DNA from: Lingula anatina
Lineage: Eukaryota > Animalia > Brachiopoda
Direction: 5' to 3'
DNA: 64,000 bases
Assembly (NCBI GenBank): GCA_051362555.1
Contig: CM120641.1
Coordinates: 3,038,001-3,102,000, forward strand
This document shows positions 35,243 through 48,700 of this stretch, in pieces. Each line of letters begins with the position of its first letter. Position 1 is the first letter of the stretch. Made by a program: the position numbers and the translations under genes. A model generated the notes under the pieces. It had not been told where the DNA came from. It did no database searches and saw only the letters and a list, made by a program, of their open reading frames with translations.

Positions 35243-38200
35243 CCATGAAGACATTTCAAAGAACTTACTTGATTATACTTTTAATTGCAGGTCTTTTTCT
35301 AAAAATATAAAAGCAAGTGGTTTTACATGTTCAATAAATAAAGAGATTATTGTTACAGTCTTTGTTCTCAGAAATCATCACACAAAATGAAAACTTAATC
35401 ATGCTCTGTTAAAAGGTATTTATTCAGTTATAGTGTTATATTTGAAGTTGTCACTGAATTTCTATGTATTCTGTAAATTGTGATGGCTTGTAGTGTGTAT
35501 AGTACCCTCACTACAAAAAAGTTCTGATCATGATGATCTTTTCTTTAATGGGCAAAATTATTTTGTATTTTGAAATAAAGGGAATGAAAACATAAAAGAT
35601 TATTAATTTGAGGTTCAAAAGGAATGATTTCATCTTTGTTGTAATGTACAAATTACTTACGGATGAAGTCTTCTGTACTCTGCAGGTGTTAATTTCTTTT
35701 CTTCCTCCGGCGTCTTTTTCTCTTTGTCACTGTCATCTGCAGAGGGTTCCACTGGAAAACATAGTAGTTTCTTTGAACATATCCATCACTATAATATATA
35801 ATTATCACTATGATAATAAATCACTTGTCATGAAAAAGAATCAAGACATCCTTTTAGGGACCATTCTCAGATCCGAGCATACTAACTGTGGATCGATCTA
35901 TCTCCAAGGGGATTCTTGCTAAATTGCTATCAACTTAAGCGGCTTAGAAATCTATCACGCCTACTGAAGCTGCTAGGGGGTAATTAACTATCATTTAGTA
36001 GCTTCAGTAGGCGTGCCAGACATCTAAGCCGCTAAAGCTTAAAGCATTTTAGCGAGATACCCCTTGGATATGGATCAATCCTGTTGGATCGATGTAGGTA
36101 TGGGAACCCAGTCTTAGATGTTCAGCATTTCAATACTCAGATACCATTTTCACTGTTTTATATGTTTAATAAAAATAAATAAAGAGAAACAAAAGAAGCA
36201 CTCACCAGAGTCTGGTGCATATTTCACTCTGATAGCTGGATTAAATGTATCAGATCGCAGCATCCTGAAACAAAGTAATCAAATATCAAATCCCTCATTT
36301 CTTTTACATTTCCGTTCCCTTTATTTCAAAATACAAAATAATTTTGCCCATTAAAGAAAAGATCATCATGATCAGAACTTTTTTGTGGTGAGGTTCTATA
36401 CACACTACAAGCCATCACAATTTACAGAATACATAGAAATTCAGTGACAACTTCAAATATAACACTATATCTAAAAAGCATTGTTTACCTTCCAAGTTCC
36501 ACCTTAATGCTGTTTAGATCTTTTCGTCTGAATGCTACCCATGTGAAGAAAATGCAGAAATTGTACAGATTCTGAAATGAATATTGTCAACATTTAATAA
36601 ACTTATACATCAATCCTTGAAGAGTTGCATTATTGGCATAGTGAATAATTAAGATAATTTTTTTAAAAAAATGTGTATCCAAAATGAAAAAAGGAGCATA
36701 GAAGCACTTATAATGCAAAATAATAATGATAATAATAATAATTAACAAAAATTAATAAAAAGAATTTTTTTATATCAACATTCAATTTGTCAGTCAGATG
36801 CTTACCTCATATAGAACTCTGTCTGTGCGTGTAGTAGACACACGAGAACTAAAAGAAATCAAATGACATCATATATCATAATATCAAAACATACTTTAAG
36901 AAAAAAAAAACATATTTTATTTTCTTCTCTTTTAATAAAAATCCTAACAAATTGATAAAGAAAAGATATCTTTGTCTACACTTGCTATATTTTTCCATGC
37001 CCAACTTGACAATAAAAAAAAGAAAGAAAACACATACTCTCTGCTTACAAGTTTCCAAACAGTTTCAATAATTCTTTTCAAGTATATCCTTTACCATCTT
37101 AAGCTCCCTTCCACTATTTTAAAAAAAGGTGTAGATTACTGTACTTACCTCCCACAAGCCATGTGGTGCTGAAATTGCATATCCAGCCCCAAAATAAGAA
37201 CACAGTACGACTGGCCAAGGTGTTTCTGTGCAACCTGGAGTTTCTGACAGGCTTCTTCATATGCTTTCTTCTCAGACAAGCTGGGTTCTCTGAAATATAA
37301 CAGTACAAATATACATTCTTGATCATTTCAATGTATGTAGGGTAATATATAAATATAAGGATTCTATTTAACAGGAACTACTTACAATATATGATATTGA
37401 ATAAGAATGGTTGAAATATTAATTTTACCGAATATGAAAGTGGCAGATTAATCTATTATAACATATGTAAATTTTATTCATGGTGTTAGCCATTGCCTTT
37501 ACCCTAAAAGCTGACCAGTATATTTAACAAAAAGTTTTTACACTTTCAAGATGTTACAAAATTAAGTTGTTTGAAAAAGAACACTTTGAAAATTGGTTAT
37601 CTCATTTGAATTGTAATAACATACAAAGCAATCTAAAATAATCACAATACAAAAAAGGAGGAAAAAGGAAACATATAAAACAGCAACAGATTTATATATA
37701 AAAAAATGATAAATACAAAAAATAGCACAATAAATTAAGTTATCATTTATTTATATACAGTATCCAAATGCCAGAAAAGTTCAAACTAAATTTTGGAATC
37801 AAGCCAAAACAAGTGTGTGAACAAAAAACACCTCCAGTTTTGAAAATGAGACTGGAAACTTCACAGTTTACACTTTCCATGCACTTAACTTACCTATTTA
37901 GTCTTAGGATAAATAAAGACAAATGTCAAAACATTGTGGCATGCAATAACAATGATAAAAACATGCTAAACAATACCAAAAATAAAATCTGTATTTTTTT
38001 TACACATAGCACATATTACATGCAGGTAAAATTGCATAACATTGTTTTGTTTTTCTTTTTTATTTCAGAAAATACAAGCTAACAGATGCAGTGTACAGAT
38101 AGTGACCCCAATTACATGCAGCACTACACAAATTCAAGAGCCACGCAAAGAGAGGTCATGACAACACCAATGACCATGCAGTGTACACACAAATAAGTTA

Positions 38201-40030
38201 TCTTGACTGAATGTGTTTCTTCAAACATATTATGTTGTAAGTTAACTCAGAGGGTGCCCACAAACTTTTGGTTTGATGTACACCAAAAAAAGATGTTCCA
38301 CTATTGATTTCTCTCTGTTTTAGAATCCTGCTGATATTGCAGTTGTAATTGCTGTAATGTAACTTACATGTAATTAGGATTTTTCTTTTCCTCTTGATTC
38401 TTCTTTTCAAAATAACAATGGAAGTAATTGAGCAGATACATTAGGAAGTCATCAAATGCTTCTGACCTAAAAAAAAAAGAGAAATTGATTTTACCCTTAG
38501 ATAAACAAACAAACAAACAAACAAATAAATAAACAGTCCCCCCTAAAAGTGTTTTAGGCAGATGCAAGAGGAGGTATTATCAATCAATAAATACATAAAT
38601 AAACATGAACAAAGTCTCACTGAAAAGAATTCTCACTTATCATGTATTGCAACACATTTACATTCAAGAAAAGAATGGAGAGTTTAAGTAAACAAACTAC
38701 ACAAAACTGTAATGCTATGGCACGATGATGGTTCACTGATAATAATAATACTTCAAACATCAAAAATATACTTGACTTTAACCTAAATTTAATTGACCAG
38801 AAGCTTACCACAGAAGGCCATATTTTTCATTGTCAAAATTGTCTGATATATCTTGGTCCTTCCCATTTTTTTCTGACAGTATCAACATATCTTGCTGCAA
38901 CAGATCCATAGCAACCACTGGAAAAAATACATATTAAACATGAAAGTTGAAAATCAAAATCATGGTGCCATAAAAACTTGTGGAGTATTTACTCTCACAA
39001 TGTATTCATGATATCAAAGGCTATGACTTTTAACAGAAATGAAAAATCTACATTATCTTTTTTAAAAATGCAATTTTCTTCCAAAAATCACTTGCACTGT
39101 AATGAAGTACTTCAGTCATGATAGCAAATGACAAGCTTGCAAATACAAACTTAAATATTGCATTTTACATACTACTTACAGCAATTAATAATACTTTGGC
39201 AATTTTAATCAACAAGGAGAAAATATAAATATAAAAAATATATATATACTATTACATACATTTCACATCTGTAAGTGTCACCTCGGTGTGTACTGCTGAT
39301 GGCTTGCTTGGTTTGGGTGACCTAGATGACTGGATTGCCTTTCCGCGGCCTACTGCATAAGGCCTGCTTGCTATACTTGGGGTAGCTCTGCAATATAATG
39401 GAGGATTTTGGATTAAATTATTTCAAACAAGTCCAATCCAGGGTAAGTACATAATTTTCTGTGTGTACTATAATTTATGTATAGCTCTTACATGAAAGAA
39501 AAAATTAAACTAGTTTGACATTAAACCTCATGTTATAGCAATTTCTGAACATGTTCCACAACTAGTGTTTGAAAAAAAATCCAGCAATACACACTTTGAT
39601 TAAATAGTTGCACATCATGCAGTACAGGTTTAGCAAAGGGTTTTCCCCACTTTCTAATTTGGGCATAATAAGGAATTCCTCCATCTCTGTTTCAATAAAG
39701 AATAGTTGAAGGTTGGGTCTGCTTAAGAACTTGAAGATGTAGTGACTGGATGGGGTAGTCCCAGGCTCAATAGCTCAGTGGTAGAGCATTACCACAGTGA
39801 GTTAGCATCCTGGGTTTGACCCCCAGTCAATTAAGGTATTTCCCCTCCAAAATGCTACACAGAGCACAAATGCATTGGTACTCTGCTGATATATAATGAC
39901 CATCATTGTTTGACTGACCTGTCATTTCTTTTGCCTCCCATAAAATCTTGTACTTGCATGCCTCCTCCTTTACCTCTTCTCCTATTTTTATCTTGTTTAT
40001 CTGTGGAAGCATAATTGCTGTAGCAAAAAA

Positions 40031-40090
<60 letters not shown>

Positions 40091-40840
40091 TAATAATAAT
40101 CTGTTATAACATTGAAAAGCAGTGTAATTGACTTTAATAACCTTAAAAAGTGTTCCTAATAAGTAGATATAATATATACATGGTAACAAGGAAGGCATAT
40201 GTTACTTCTGAATTTCCCTTAAGGGGTGGTTTGCAGTCCTTGGGTAATATCAATTATCAATTTGTTTAAGTAAAATTTTACTCAAAAGAATATTACTCTG
40301 AAATTAAGGAGCTGGTTTATGCTGTAAGGACTATCTTACCTTGCAAATTCTAAACAAGGTGGTTTATCTGGGTTGGTGGGATCTTCCTTCCATATCCACT
40401 TACCAGTGGTGGGTATCAACACGCTCTGAAATACAATTCCACTTCAAGTTCAATTGGTCTCAGTTCAATTAATAATCCATCAAATACATGCACAAGTACA
40501 TGTACAGGGTACTGTTGTTTTGGTAAAATGATATCACAGCTAGCCAGACAAAGTATGATCTTGGGCATCTTTCCTATTTTATACTGAAATCATCTTAGTA
40601 AAGAACGATGCACCCATTCATCGAAGTGTGGAAAATTTTAATTGTGAAGAATGGCAAGTGGTTGAACCTGTGCAACTTGTATCAGTCAGTAAGCCTCGAT
40701 AGTGGTTAAAAGCATTTTCTTTTATAAAAGCTAGGTCTGCACATCGACTTTATCCGTAAAACATGGAATAATTTACTCCAATCTATGCCATTGTGTAGTT
40801 TTATACATACCTCATCCATGGGTTCTCCGCTTTTAGACAT
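32103..40840 (-). CDS. PPP1R36: Protein phosphatase 1 regulatory subunit 36 homologue, ~425 aa, 16 exons
   Basis: Phase-consistent GT-AG exons 40840-40811, 40425-40340, 39387-39260, 38917-38809, 38466-38368, 37289-37149, 36848-36806, 36571-36489, 36264-36206, 35751-35661, 35298-35269, 35065-34976, 34604-34527, 34200-34099, 33844-33801, 32167-32103 (TAG); total 1278 nt. Motifs GKWIWKE, VTLTDVK, FDDFLMYLLNYF, YCVLILGL...HHMACG, WVAFRR, RPAIK, RSPALVSILPS and GIIGEP match the PPP1R36 family as I recall it. Confidence 0.88.
33023..33271. mobile_element. MITE with TA TSD (Tc1/mariner/pogo-like)
   Basis: About 40-bp TIRs GGGGAGACAGGGGCTAGTTGGACCC...GGGTCCAACTAGCCCCAGTCTCCCC flanked by TA. Confidence 0.8.
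35429..36469. repeat. ~168-bp inverted repeat pair (35429-35598 and 36301-36469) in PPP1R36 introns
   Basis: Arms are reverse complements with few mismatches and enclose exons 9 and 10. Confidence 0.9.
35857..36115. mobile_element. Degenerate foldback MITE
   Basis: Imperfect palindrome centred near 35985 (GCGGCTTAGA...CACGCCTACTGAAGCT / AGCTTCAGTAGGCGTG...TCTAAGCCGC); ends poorly defined. Confidence 0.55.
39764..39830 (+). mobile_element. tRNA-derived SINE head
   Basis: A-box TAGCTCAGTGGTAGAGC and degenerate B-box GGTTTGACCC; no convincing cloverleaf. Confidence 0.55.
40030..40100. repeat. (AAAT)n/(AAT)n microsatellite
   Basis: Direct observation. Confidence 0.9.
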
Positions 40841-40873
40841 GTTAAAAATCCTTTGGCTTTTTCAGCCAAATGT

Positions 40874-40914
40874 TTACGCCGCCATGTTTCGGTTGTCTTG
40901 CCGGATCACGTGAC
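40874..40914 (-). promoter_or_regulatory. Probable PPP1R36 core promoter motifs
   Basis: GTCACGTGA E-box (40914-40906) and YY1-like AACATGGCGGC, whose ATG opens a 3-codon uORF ATG GCG GCG TAA (40885-40874) upstream of the main ATG. Confidence 0.55.
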
Positions 40915-43251
40915 ACATTTTACTAAATGATTCTTGGCTTCCCGAATTGTGCAAAAATATTACAAACATAAATGAATGTATTACTAGTTTAATGGCAAAA
41001 TTTTATGGCTATGTATGAAATGTTTTAAATTAATCAAGGTTTGGCAATCAAAACTTTTCTTCTGGATATATTTTATGTAAAATGTTGTTTTGCATTCCGT
41101 ATTGTAGCTGTAACCAAAACAAACGCACGTGTCGAACCGTTGACGGGAAGATCCTGTACGCTCATCGAGTTTCAGCGCAGCGTGCATTGCTTTTGCATTG
41201 ACGTAAATTATATTAACGGTATAATCCATCAAATGTTTTTTTTTATAAACTCATTTGCCGTAAAATAATTAATGAGATTTTTGCCAGTAGAAACTAAGTC
41301 AGTGTATGAATCATGCCTTGCTCTACTGAATTAGTCATCAGTACTCAGTATGCCGCTTCTTATCATGGGTTATATTGGATTATATTTTGTAAACATTATA
41401 AATAATTTTTGAGTAACACTGGCTTTTAATTTACGAATAGTTGTGCAAATTGTATAACTCTATGGCTTTTTTACCGTGTTTACTTTTGTTTTAACCGTTA
41501 GGATTTCTTTTATCAATGATGTCAAAACACAGCAGGAGATTGCAAGGTGACCACCTCACAAGAACAAGCAACAGCTATAAACTACGAACCAGGACAGTGG
41601 TTAAATTTTGCTTCCTAGAAAGGCCACTGGCAACATTCAAAGCAATAAAGGCAGCTAGAACCACGAAAGACCAGAATCAAATTAGGTGCTCCCAGAGAAC
41701 AGAAAAATGTGAAACAGATTTAATTTACAAAAGCACTTTTACCAACAGGATGCATATCAACAGACTGAGAGGCTCACATTTGGATAGATTGCAAAAGGAA
41801 GGAATGATCAGTCCAGACATTTTCAATACATCAGGGTTTACCATGCAACAAGTGAGAAAATCTATCAAGTCCAAATGGTCAAAAACTCAAAGAGAAGTGA
41901 AGTCCCACATTTGTGTTCAAAAATATTCACCAGTGTCATTTTCAACATCCCAGAAACGGAGTTACAGAAAACAGATACCATGCAATGTTCACATGGGCAG
42001 CAATTTAAAGATGAAACATTTGAGAAAAAGTATAAATTTTAGAAAGTAATATATAATTTATTATACTTTGGGTGACAAACTAACACAAGTCAACTGTGTA
42101 CTTATTTATTTCAGGTAAACAAATGTTTATAAATTAAAGCAAAATCAACATTACTTAAAATGAAAAAATAATTTCTAAAAACAGTTATATATAGTGCATA
42201 AAGTGCATGTACAAATATTAATAGCTTGTGACAAATAAAAATATTTAAGGAAAAACAATTTCAATACTGGAATGAAGATGAAACAAATTATAATGTGAAA
42301 AAAGGGAAAGCAAAAAAGCTTTGATAATCGGTATATTGCACACATTCGGCTTTAATGTGATTATCCCACAAAAAAGCCTTACAATTGTTTTAATGAAAGG
42401 GGAATACTAAAATCTAAGAATTAACCTTGCAAAGTAAAAACAAGTTTTTTTTTGACACTTTATGGAAACTTATAATTTCCCCCTAAGGAAATCTGTGATT
42501 CATACTTTAAACCACCTTCATATAATTTAAGAATAAAACGATATACACATACCTCAAGAAAGTCAAATGAAATAAAAGATATCTTTTAATACTCATACAT
42601 TTACTTAAACATATAATTTGCAAAAAGATTTAAAAATGGAATTGGAGTGGTTTGAGGTATATGTTGAATTGCACTGATAATTATCATACTTGAGATTATT
42701 TCTCATCACATCAGTATGATACAATCATATTATGAATGTTCAATTTTTGATCACACAAAACAGTCTGGAATATAAAAGATGCTTCACTGTTATAATAAAA
42801 ATGATATACATATGTGCTTTTCCAACTAGACAAGATGATATTAAAGGTACTCTGTATGAGTTTTACCAGCCAAAATGAGGGGGGGGGGGTTGTCCTACTT
42901 AAGAAACATTGCTTAGTCGCCCTGCACTTGGTTTTTATATTCCATTTTGATTATTTGTTATAGTTCTAAATGGCCAGCCAGTCATTTAGAAGACTGTGTC
43001 TTCCCTTATATATTTCAGTTTTTAAGGTCTGAATTGAGAAAAACAGTAGCTCTGCAGGTCTGGTAGACATAGTAAGTATCACTATAGAAACTCTTAAACA
43101 TGCAGTGTACCTTAAACATATATAAGATAAGAAAAAAAGTCCACTTTCATCAAATAGTCAAAACACCAAAACAGCACATATAATTAAAATACAGTACACA
43201 ATTAATTACGTGTTTTCATATTTTATATTATATTCATACAGGACAAATAAG

Positions 43252-43671
43252 TTAAGTGTCAGCAGAAGTGCTCCTGTCAACAGTTGGCTTCACAGAGTCA
43301 AGGATCAGCTTGGAGATTTCTCTGTGTCCTTTAGCAGTTGCCCCCTTGAGTGGAGTATATCCAAAACTATCTTCTGCCGTGACACTCACCCCTTGTTCTA
43401 ACAGAAACTCCGCTGAATCGTGACGTCCATGAGAAGCTGCCCCCCCCCACCCCAAAAAATTACCCAATAATTGTTTTTAAAAAATCAAATGTCATATATG
43501 TCAAAAAATCAAAATGGACATAGAAAGGGTTGCTGGTCTCAGTGTCCATGTTCACTTAGTTACACAGTGAAGAAAAGTATACCAGTATATATTAAGAGTT
43601 TTTAACAGTACGGTCTGGTTTTCCTTACAACATGTAGTGCAGTTCTTCTGTCATAGTTGCCCTGGCTTAGA
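43252..43671 (-). pseudogene. Out-of-frame remnants of ASPG exons 13 and 14 (ankyrin region) of copy 3
   Basis: The 3' half of exon 13 follows the new stop codon. Exon 14 (43440-43252) is recognisable (AASHGRHDSAEFLLEQG...) but its TTTCAG acceptor is replaced by a G-run. Confidence 0.8.
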
Positions 43672-45700
43672 TTAGTACCACATAAACCCACCCAATTCAC
43701 CACGGAGGTTCTCAGATAACTTCTAAAAAACCAAAAAACAAACAAACAAACTCTAAATGTACCATCACAATATAGACATTACTCAAAATATATAATATGC
43801 CGTAGTCTCCCATTGTACGTACTCCTTGCGACAACCCTTCTTGGCTAGGAGTATCTTGATAAAGCCTTTTGTTCTATATTTTTATATGTTCTACCAAATA
43901 AAGGCATTTCTTCACCTTTCAAAAAGATCCCCTGAATGCTCATACTCACTGTACAAAAACTCTCAATCAAACTGGAATAGTTGTTGCTATGACAACAGGG
44001 ATTCCCCTTTAAACCCTTTCTTCCTTTAGCAGATGCAATAATATCTGACTCACAATTAAAATTTTATAAAGTCTTTTATATAATAAGTCTTTTAAATAAT
44101 AATAATAATAATAGTATAATACATTCCTCTTACCTCCTTCTTGTCCTTGAAATTCCAGTCTTCTCTTCCTATTACAAAGGCCAGCTTGGCCAGTGCAGCC
44201 TCAGGGGTCATGTCGGAGCCTTGTATCACACCTGCATCAATCAAAGCCTGGAAATATAAAATACAAATCACAGGTCAGTAACTAACAAATCTATTACAGT
44301 ATTAGGCATATATGCAAAGTAAAAAGTTGTTAACTGATAAAATCTAAAACAATAGTTTTCCTTTGATTTTTGTGATAGAATTGGGCATTCTCAAAATACA
44401 ATAGTAGGACATTTTACCACACTAAGCCACAAGCTGTATGGGTGTTAAAAAAAAAAAAAAAGAAGCATTTTCAGGAGTATTTCTCTTGGTTATTAGCAAA
44501 CCTTTCCTGTGGCATAATCTGAGTTAACAGAGCCTCTGTGACACTGGGTGATGTTAAGCAGCAGTACTCCTCTTTCCGTGGCCTCTGAGAACACTTGCAT
44601 TAAGTCCTTTCTGGAATCTGGAGCATTTCCAGCCCCGTAGGATTCCAGGACCATTCCCTTGAGTGGAGGTGCCAAAAACTGGCGAACCTATAATAATAAT
44701 AATAATAAACTTTATCAATAAAAATACTCAAAATCTTGATCAAAATCTGAAAAGTTACTATGACATTGGACATCTTTAGACCTATAGCATAGATTTGGCT
44801 CTCATGAATTGGCCAGACATGAATAATGACCTCCATAAGTTAACATTTAGTGAATATCTTTTTTGATTGTCCATATAATTTTAAATATAAAATACAGTGG
44901 ATATTCACTATTTGATTAATTTTCAGTATTTTTTCATGATCTTAACCCAATAGAATATTTAAACTTTCAAACTTGCCTAAAAACAACTTATTCAACTAAC
45001 CGTAGCGGTGGTGATACTGGGACAAAGAGGGAGTATTCCCACGCTAGGACAAATCTTAGTCAAGGTACATTTTTGATTGGTGTTGCTGGTAAGAATCTTA
45101 TCCCAATGCACTGTGAATAAACAGTAAACATATAAAATCAAGGGAAACTTGTAATATATATATAATTGGACCATATGAATCATATCATGGGGTACAAACC
45201 TTAAACAGAAAGTCAATCTAGGAAAAGAGCCAAAGTTGTTATAAACAATTTATTATTAAAATGAAATTTGAAAAAATGCTTTTCACTTTAATACTCTGAA
45301 ATACACATTTTTATAAGTTTTACATATCATACCATGAATCTTAGTCTCTAAAATAGCAAGGGGAGGAAAGTTTGGGGAATCGAATGCATCAAAACTGCTG
45401 GTACTAAATTTGGTTGAACGGTTCCCTCGAAGAAGCTTATTGTTGAATAAAATCATTACCTAGAAATTAAAAAAAAACTCCATAGAATCAAGATATGGAT
45501 AAAGTATGTTCTTTGTTCACAAAGAAACTTTGGTTTTCATTCATTTCAATGTAGTAAATTAAATGCTTTAAAAGCTGCTTAATGAAAAGGATCAATATTT
45601 GCAATCTCATACTGACTTTATACCTTTTAAGTGTAAATTATACTGAATGTGAAACTTAACTTATAGGTGCTTTTTTACCAATAAAAAGACTTTGTGCAGA

Positions 45701-45738
<38 letters not shown>

Positions 45739-48700
45739 GGAATGTGTTACCTCTGGAATTTTGGAGTTTCCAGCCATAATGAGAGCACCAAGAAGATTAT
45801 CTCTGCCGTCACTACGAGTCTCAAAGATGGGAATCTGAATAAATAAGCAAACAGCATTTGGTAGTAAGCCACATGCTGAAAATTTAAAACTTTTAATGGC
45901 AATTCGTCTTGTTTAATGTAATATATGTTTGTTTTTTTTGTGTACACTATATAAGAAATGTTTGAAAATGTCCCTGCATAATTTTCTCACACTAAAAAGC
46001 AGTTATTCAAGGATAAAAATCCAATATCTAGAAATACCAACTTATGTAGTGACTGATATTCTGCACAATTTAACCAAATGGAGGGTTTGTTTTCATCAGT
46101 AATTATACTGTTAGTATGCTCTAGTATGACATATCTAGAAGTGTACTGTTTCTGACATCAAGAGTACAGCCTTTCATGTAAGGTGATGATATCTATAAAG
46201 TGTACATTATTTGAGCTCACGTGTGGGGAAGGGTCATTTCTATCATGTTCTAATGTGAGTTCACACATATCATCTTTAAATATTTTTAATGCCTTAATAA
46301 TGAGAATAAAAACTTACCTGTGAGCCAGTAAGAATGACAGGTTTTCCCAGGTTCTCAAACATGAAAGACAAACCTGATGCTGTGTAGGCCATAGTATCTG
46401 TCCCATGAAGTATAACAAACCCATCAAAATCCTCATAGTAAGTCTGAATGAAAAAAAAAACTGTCATGCTAACTTTGCAGAATAAAAAAAATGTATAAAA
46501 AACTGTCACTTTTTCTAACACTGAAAGGACTCAAAAAGAAGCAGCTGCACTGGATTTACCTTAATGTCTGAGGCAATCCTAGCCCAGTCATCCATGTTCA
46601 TATTGCAGGAATCCAGCAGGGGCTCATACTCATACACACAGTATATCACATGTGCCTTTTCCTTGCTTAAACTGAAAAATAAATTATGCAGATTATTTAT
46701 TTTGCTTTGTTTTGTTTATATAGTGTGTATAATGCCTTAATTGATACTCTACATAACTACTGTATAATCTATTTTCGCAAAACGTGTTAAAAGATGGTTT
46801 GTCTCTTATTTAACTTTGAAAAGTGAATACTGTCATGGGGTCAAATTGAATGTTTTTTTTTATAATTCTTGATTAAATGCTTGATTCCAAACCTTGGAAA
46901 TAAAACACTTTTTATAAATTAAATGAGCCTTTATATTTTCCTAAATCTTAAAAAGGTTTTTAATGTAACCCGAGTGGGGCACGCCACTGCTGAAATGAAT
47001 TACTCACGGCATACACAATGGTGACTGCATCCATGGGGTTGGTGTTTGACCTCCAAAACAGATACTGTGGTTATCTAAGTACTCCTGGTCATGGAATATT
47101 GATAATTTCCTTAACTCATTCACAAGAAAGTTTGGTTCTGGGGTATAAACTATAAACAAAATATAATACCATATCAATTAAGTTATTTACTAATGCTAAA
47201 TTACATACAAAAAGAGCCATTAATGTAATCAAATGCAAGGATGAGGTGTGATTATGACATAAACGCAGACTTTACGAAAGGCGTCGGACATGCCTGACAA
47301 ATTTCGTATAGGTCTAATAAAAAAAAAACCTGTATGGTCGGTCCTTATATCCGGCGAGCTTTCAAGCTGACTCGGAATGTGTAAATCTAAGGAATACATT
47401 GTTGTTTCTTTTCTTGACGATATATTTTACTCCCTTCAAAAATCCCGGGGAGTTCCCAGCTAATTATTAATACAAAATTTACTGACCTCAGTTTTACTTA
47501 CAAATACTATTTTATGACTGGCTGAGGTTGGGGGATTCCTGTATGACGTAACTGATAGTTTCGTTTTCGTGTTTAATATCCTTACATGACAAAATGACCG
47601 CAACACATGTGCTCCTGCTTTTTGCGTTTTTTAAGGACTTGATGCCCTGTTTCTTCATTATCAGTTGTTATCAGTATTGTACTCATGGCTAAAGTCTTTT
47701 GTTTAGAAAAAATGACATCGTTGAACTTGAAATATTTCGTCGGTGCATAGCGCGGCAAAAATGAAATCGAAGTTAGGAAGGGAAACGGGTTGACCGGAAC
47801 TGTAGTAAAATTGGATTTAAAGGTAGGCTCTGGCTAACTTATAATCCAGGAGAGAGGAAATAATTGTGCACACAGTGTCAGGAGTACTAATAAAAGTCAA
47901 CATTATGATCATGATTATAACAGATAATCTGCAATGGTGATTTCAGCTTAATTATTAGCCCAGAAAATAAACGCTTTCTTACAATCTGTCACAAATGACT
48001 TTGTGCCACTTGAACCGAAACACGTAGAAGCAGCAAACCCTGTACCAGCCACATATATCATCACAAAAGAAGATGCCTTGCTCCAAGTAAACGTACACAA
48101 GTCTACAGGTCCCGACGAAATCCCCAACTGGATCCTACATGACCTAGCAGGGTACCTAGTCGCCCCAGTATGTACCGGTGTGGCATCAATTGTTCGGAGC
48201 GTGAACCATCCGTTTTGCTCATGCGCACAAAGCGCAGGCAAATCTGAGAGACTTCCGGCGTGTACGGTCCGTCTCTAGTGTAGTGCCAAATGCAGGGTAG
48301 AACCGGCCCGATAGCTCAGGCGGTAGAGCACTCGCCCTGTTAACGAGTTTGGTCCCTTATCTGGCAGGTGATTTTTCTACACACTCCAAAAAGGCGCTAC
48401 ACTATAGACTTTAATAAATATACACTGTTGAGAACATACTGCATATTCAAACATAATCTTTAGAAATATTAATATCTTATAGTTGTTCACCTCCACTGCG
48501 ATTTCTCTCAGGTGGCCATATCAACACACTAGCCAGTAAAATCAATACAATAATACATGTAGTAGGCCAACAGCTGAATAACGACATTCCGTCCACGGTA
48601 GTTTCATCCAAGCGTCGAAGTGTAATTTGACGCTAATTCTCTATCAAAATTATCAATTAAAATGTCTGTATTAACACATGAATTTTACCTAGAAATATCC

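Noticed and set aside
39764-39830. tRNA gene
   Set aside because: A-box present but acceptor and anticodon stems do not pair convincingly; treated as a SINE head.
41516-42049. 177-aa ORF, longest in the track
   Set aside because: Its 3' third is antisense to non-coding sequence downstream of ASPG shared by all copies; no recognisable motif or splice support.
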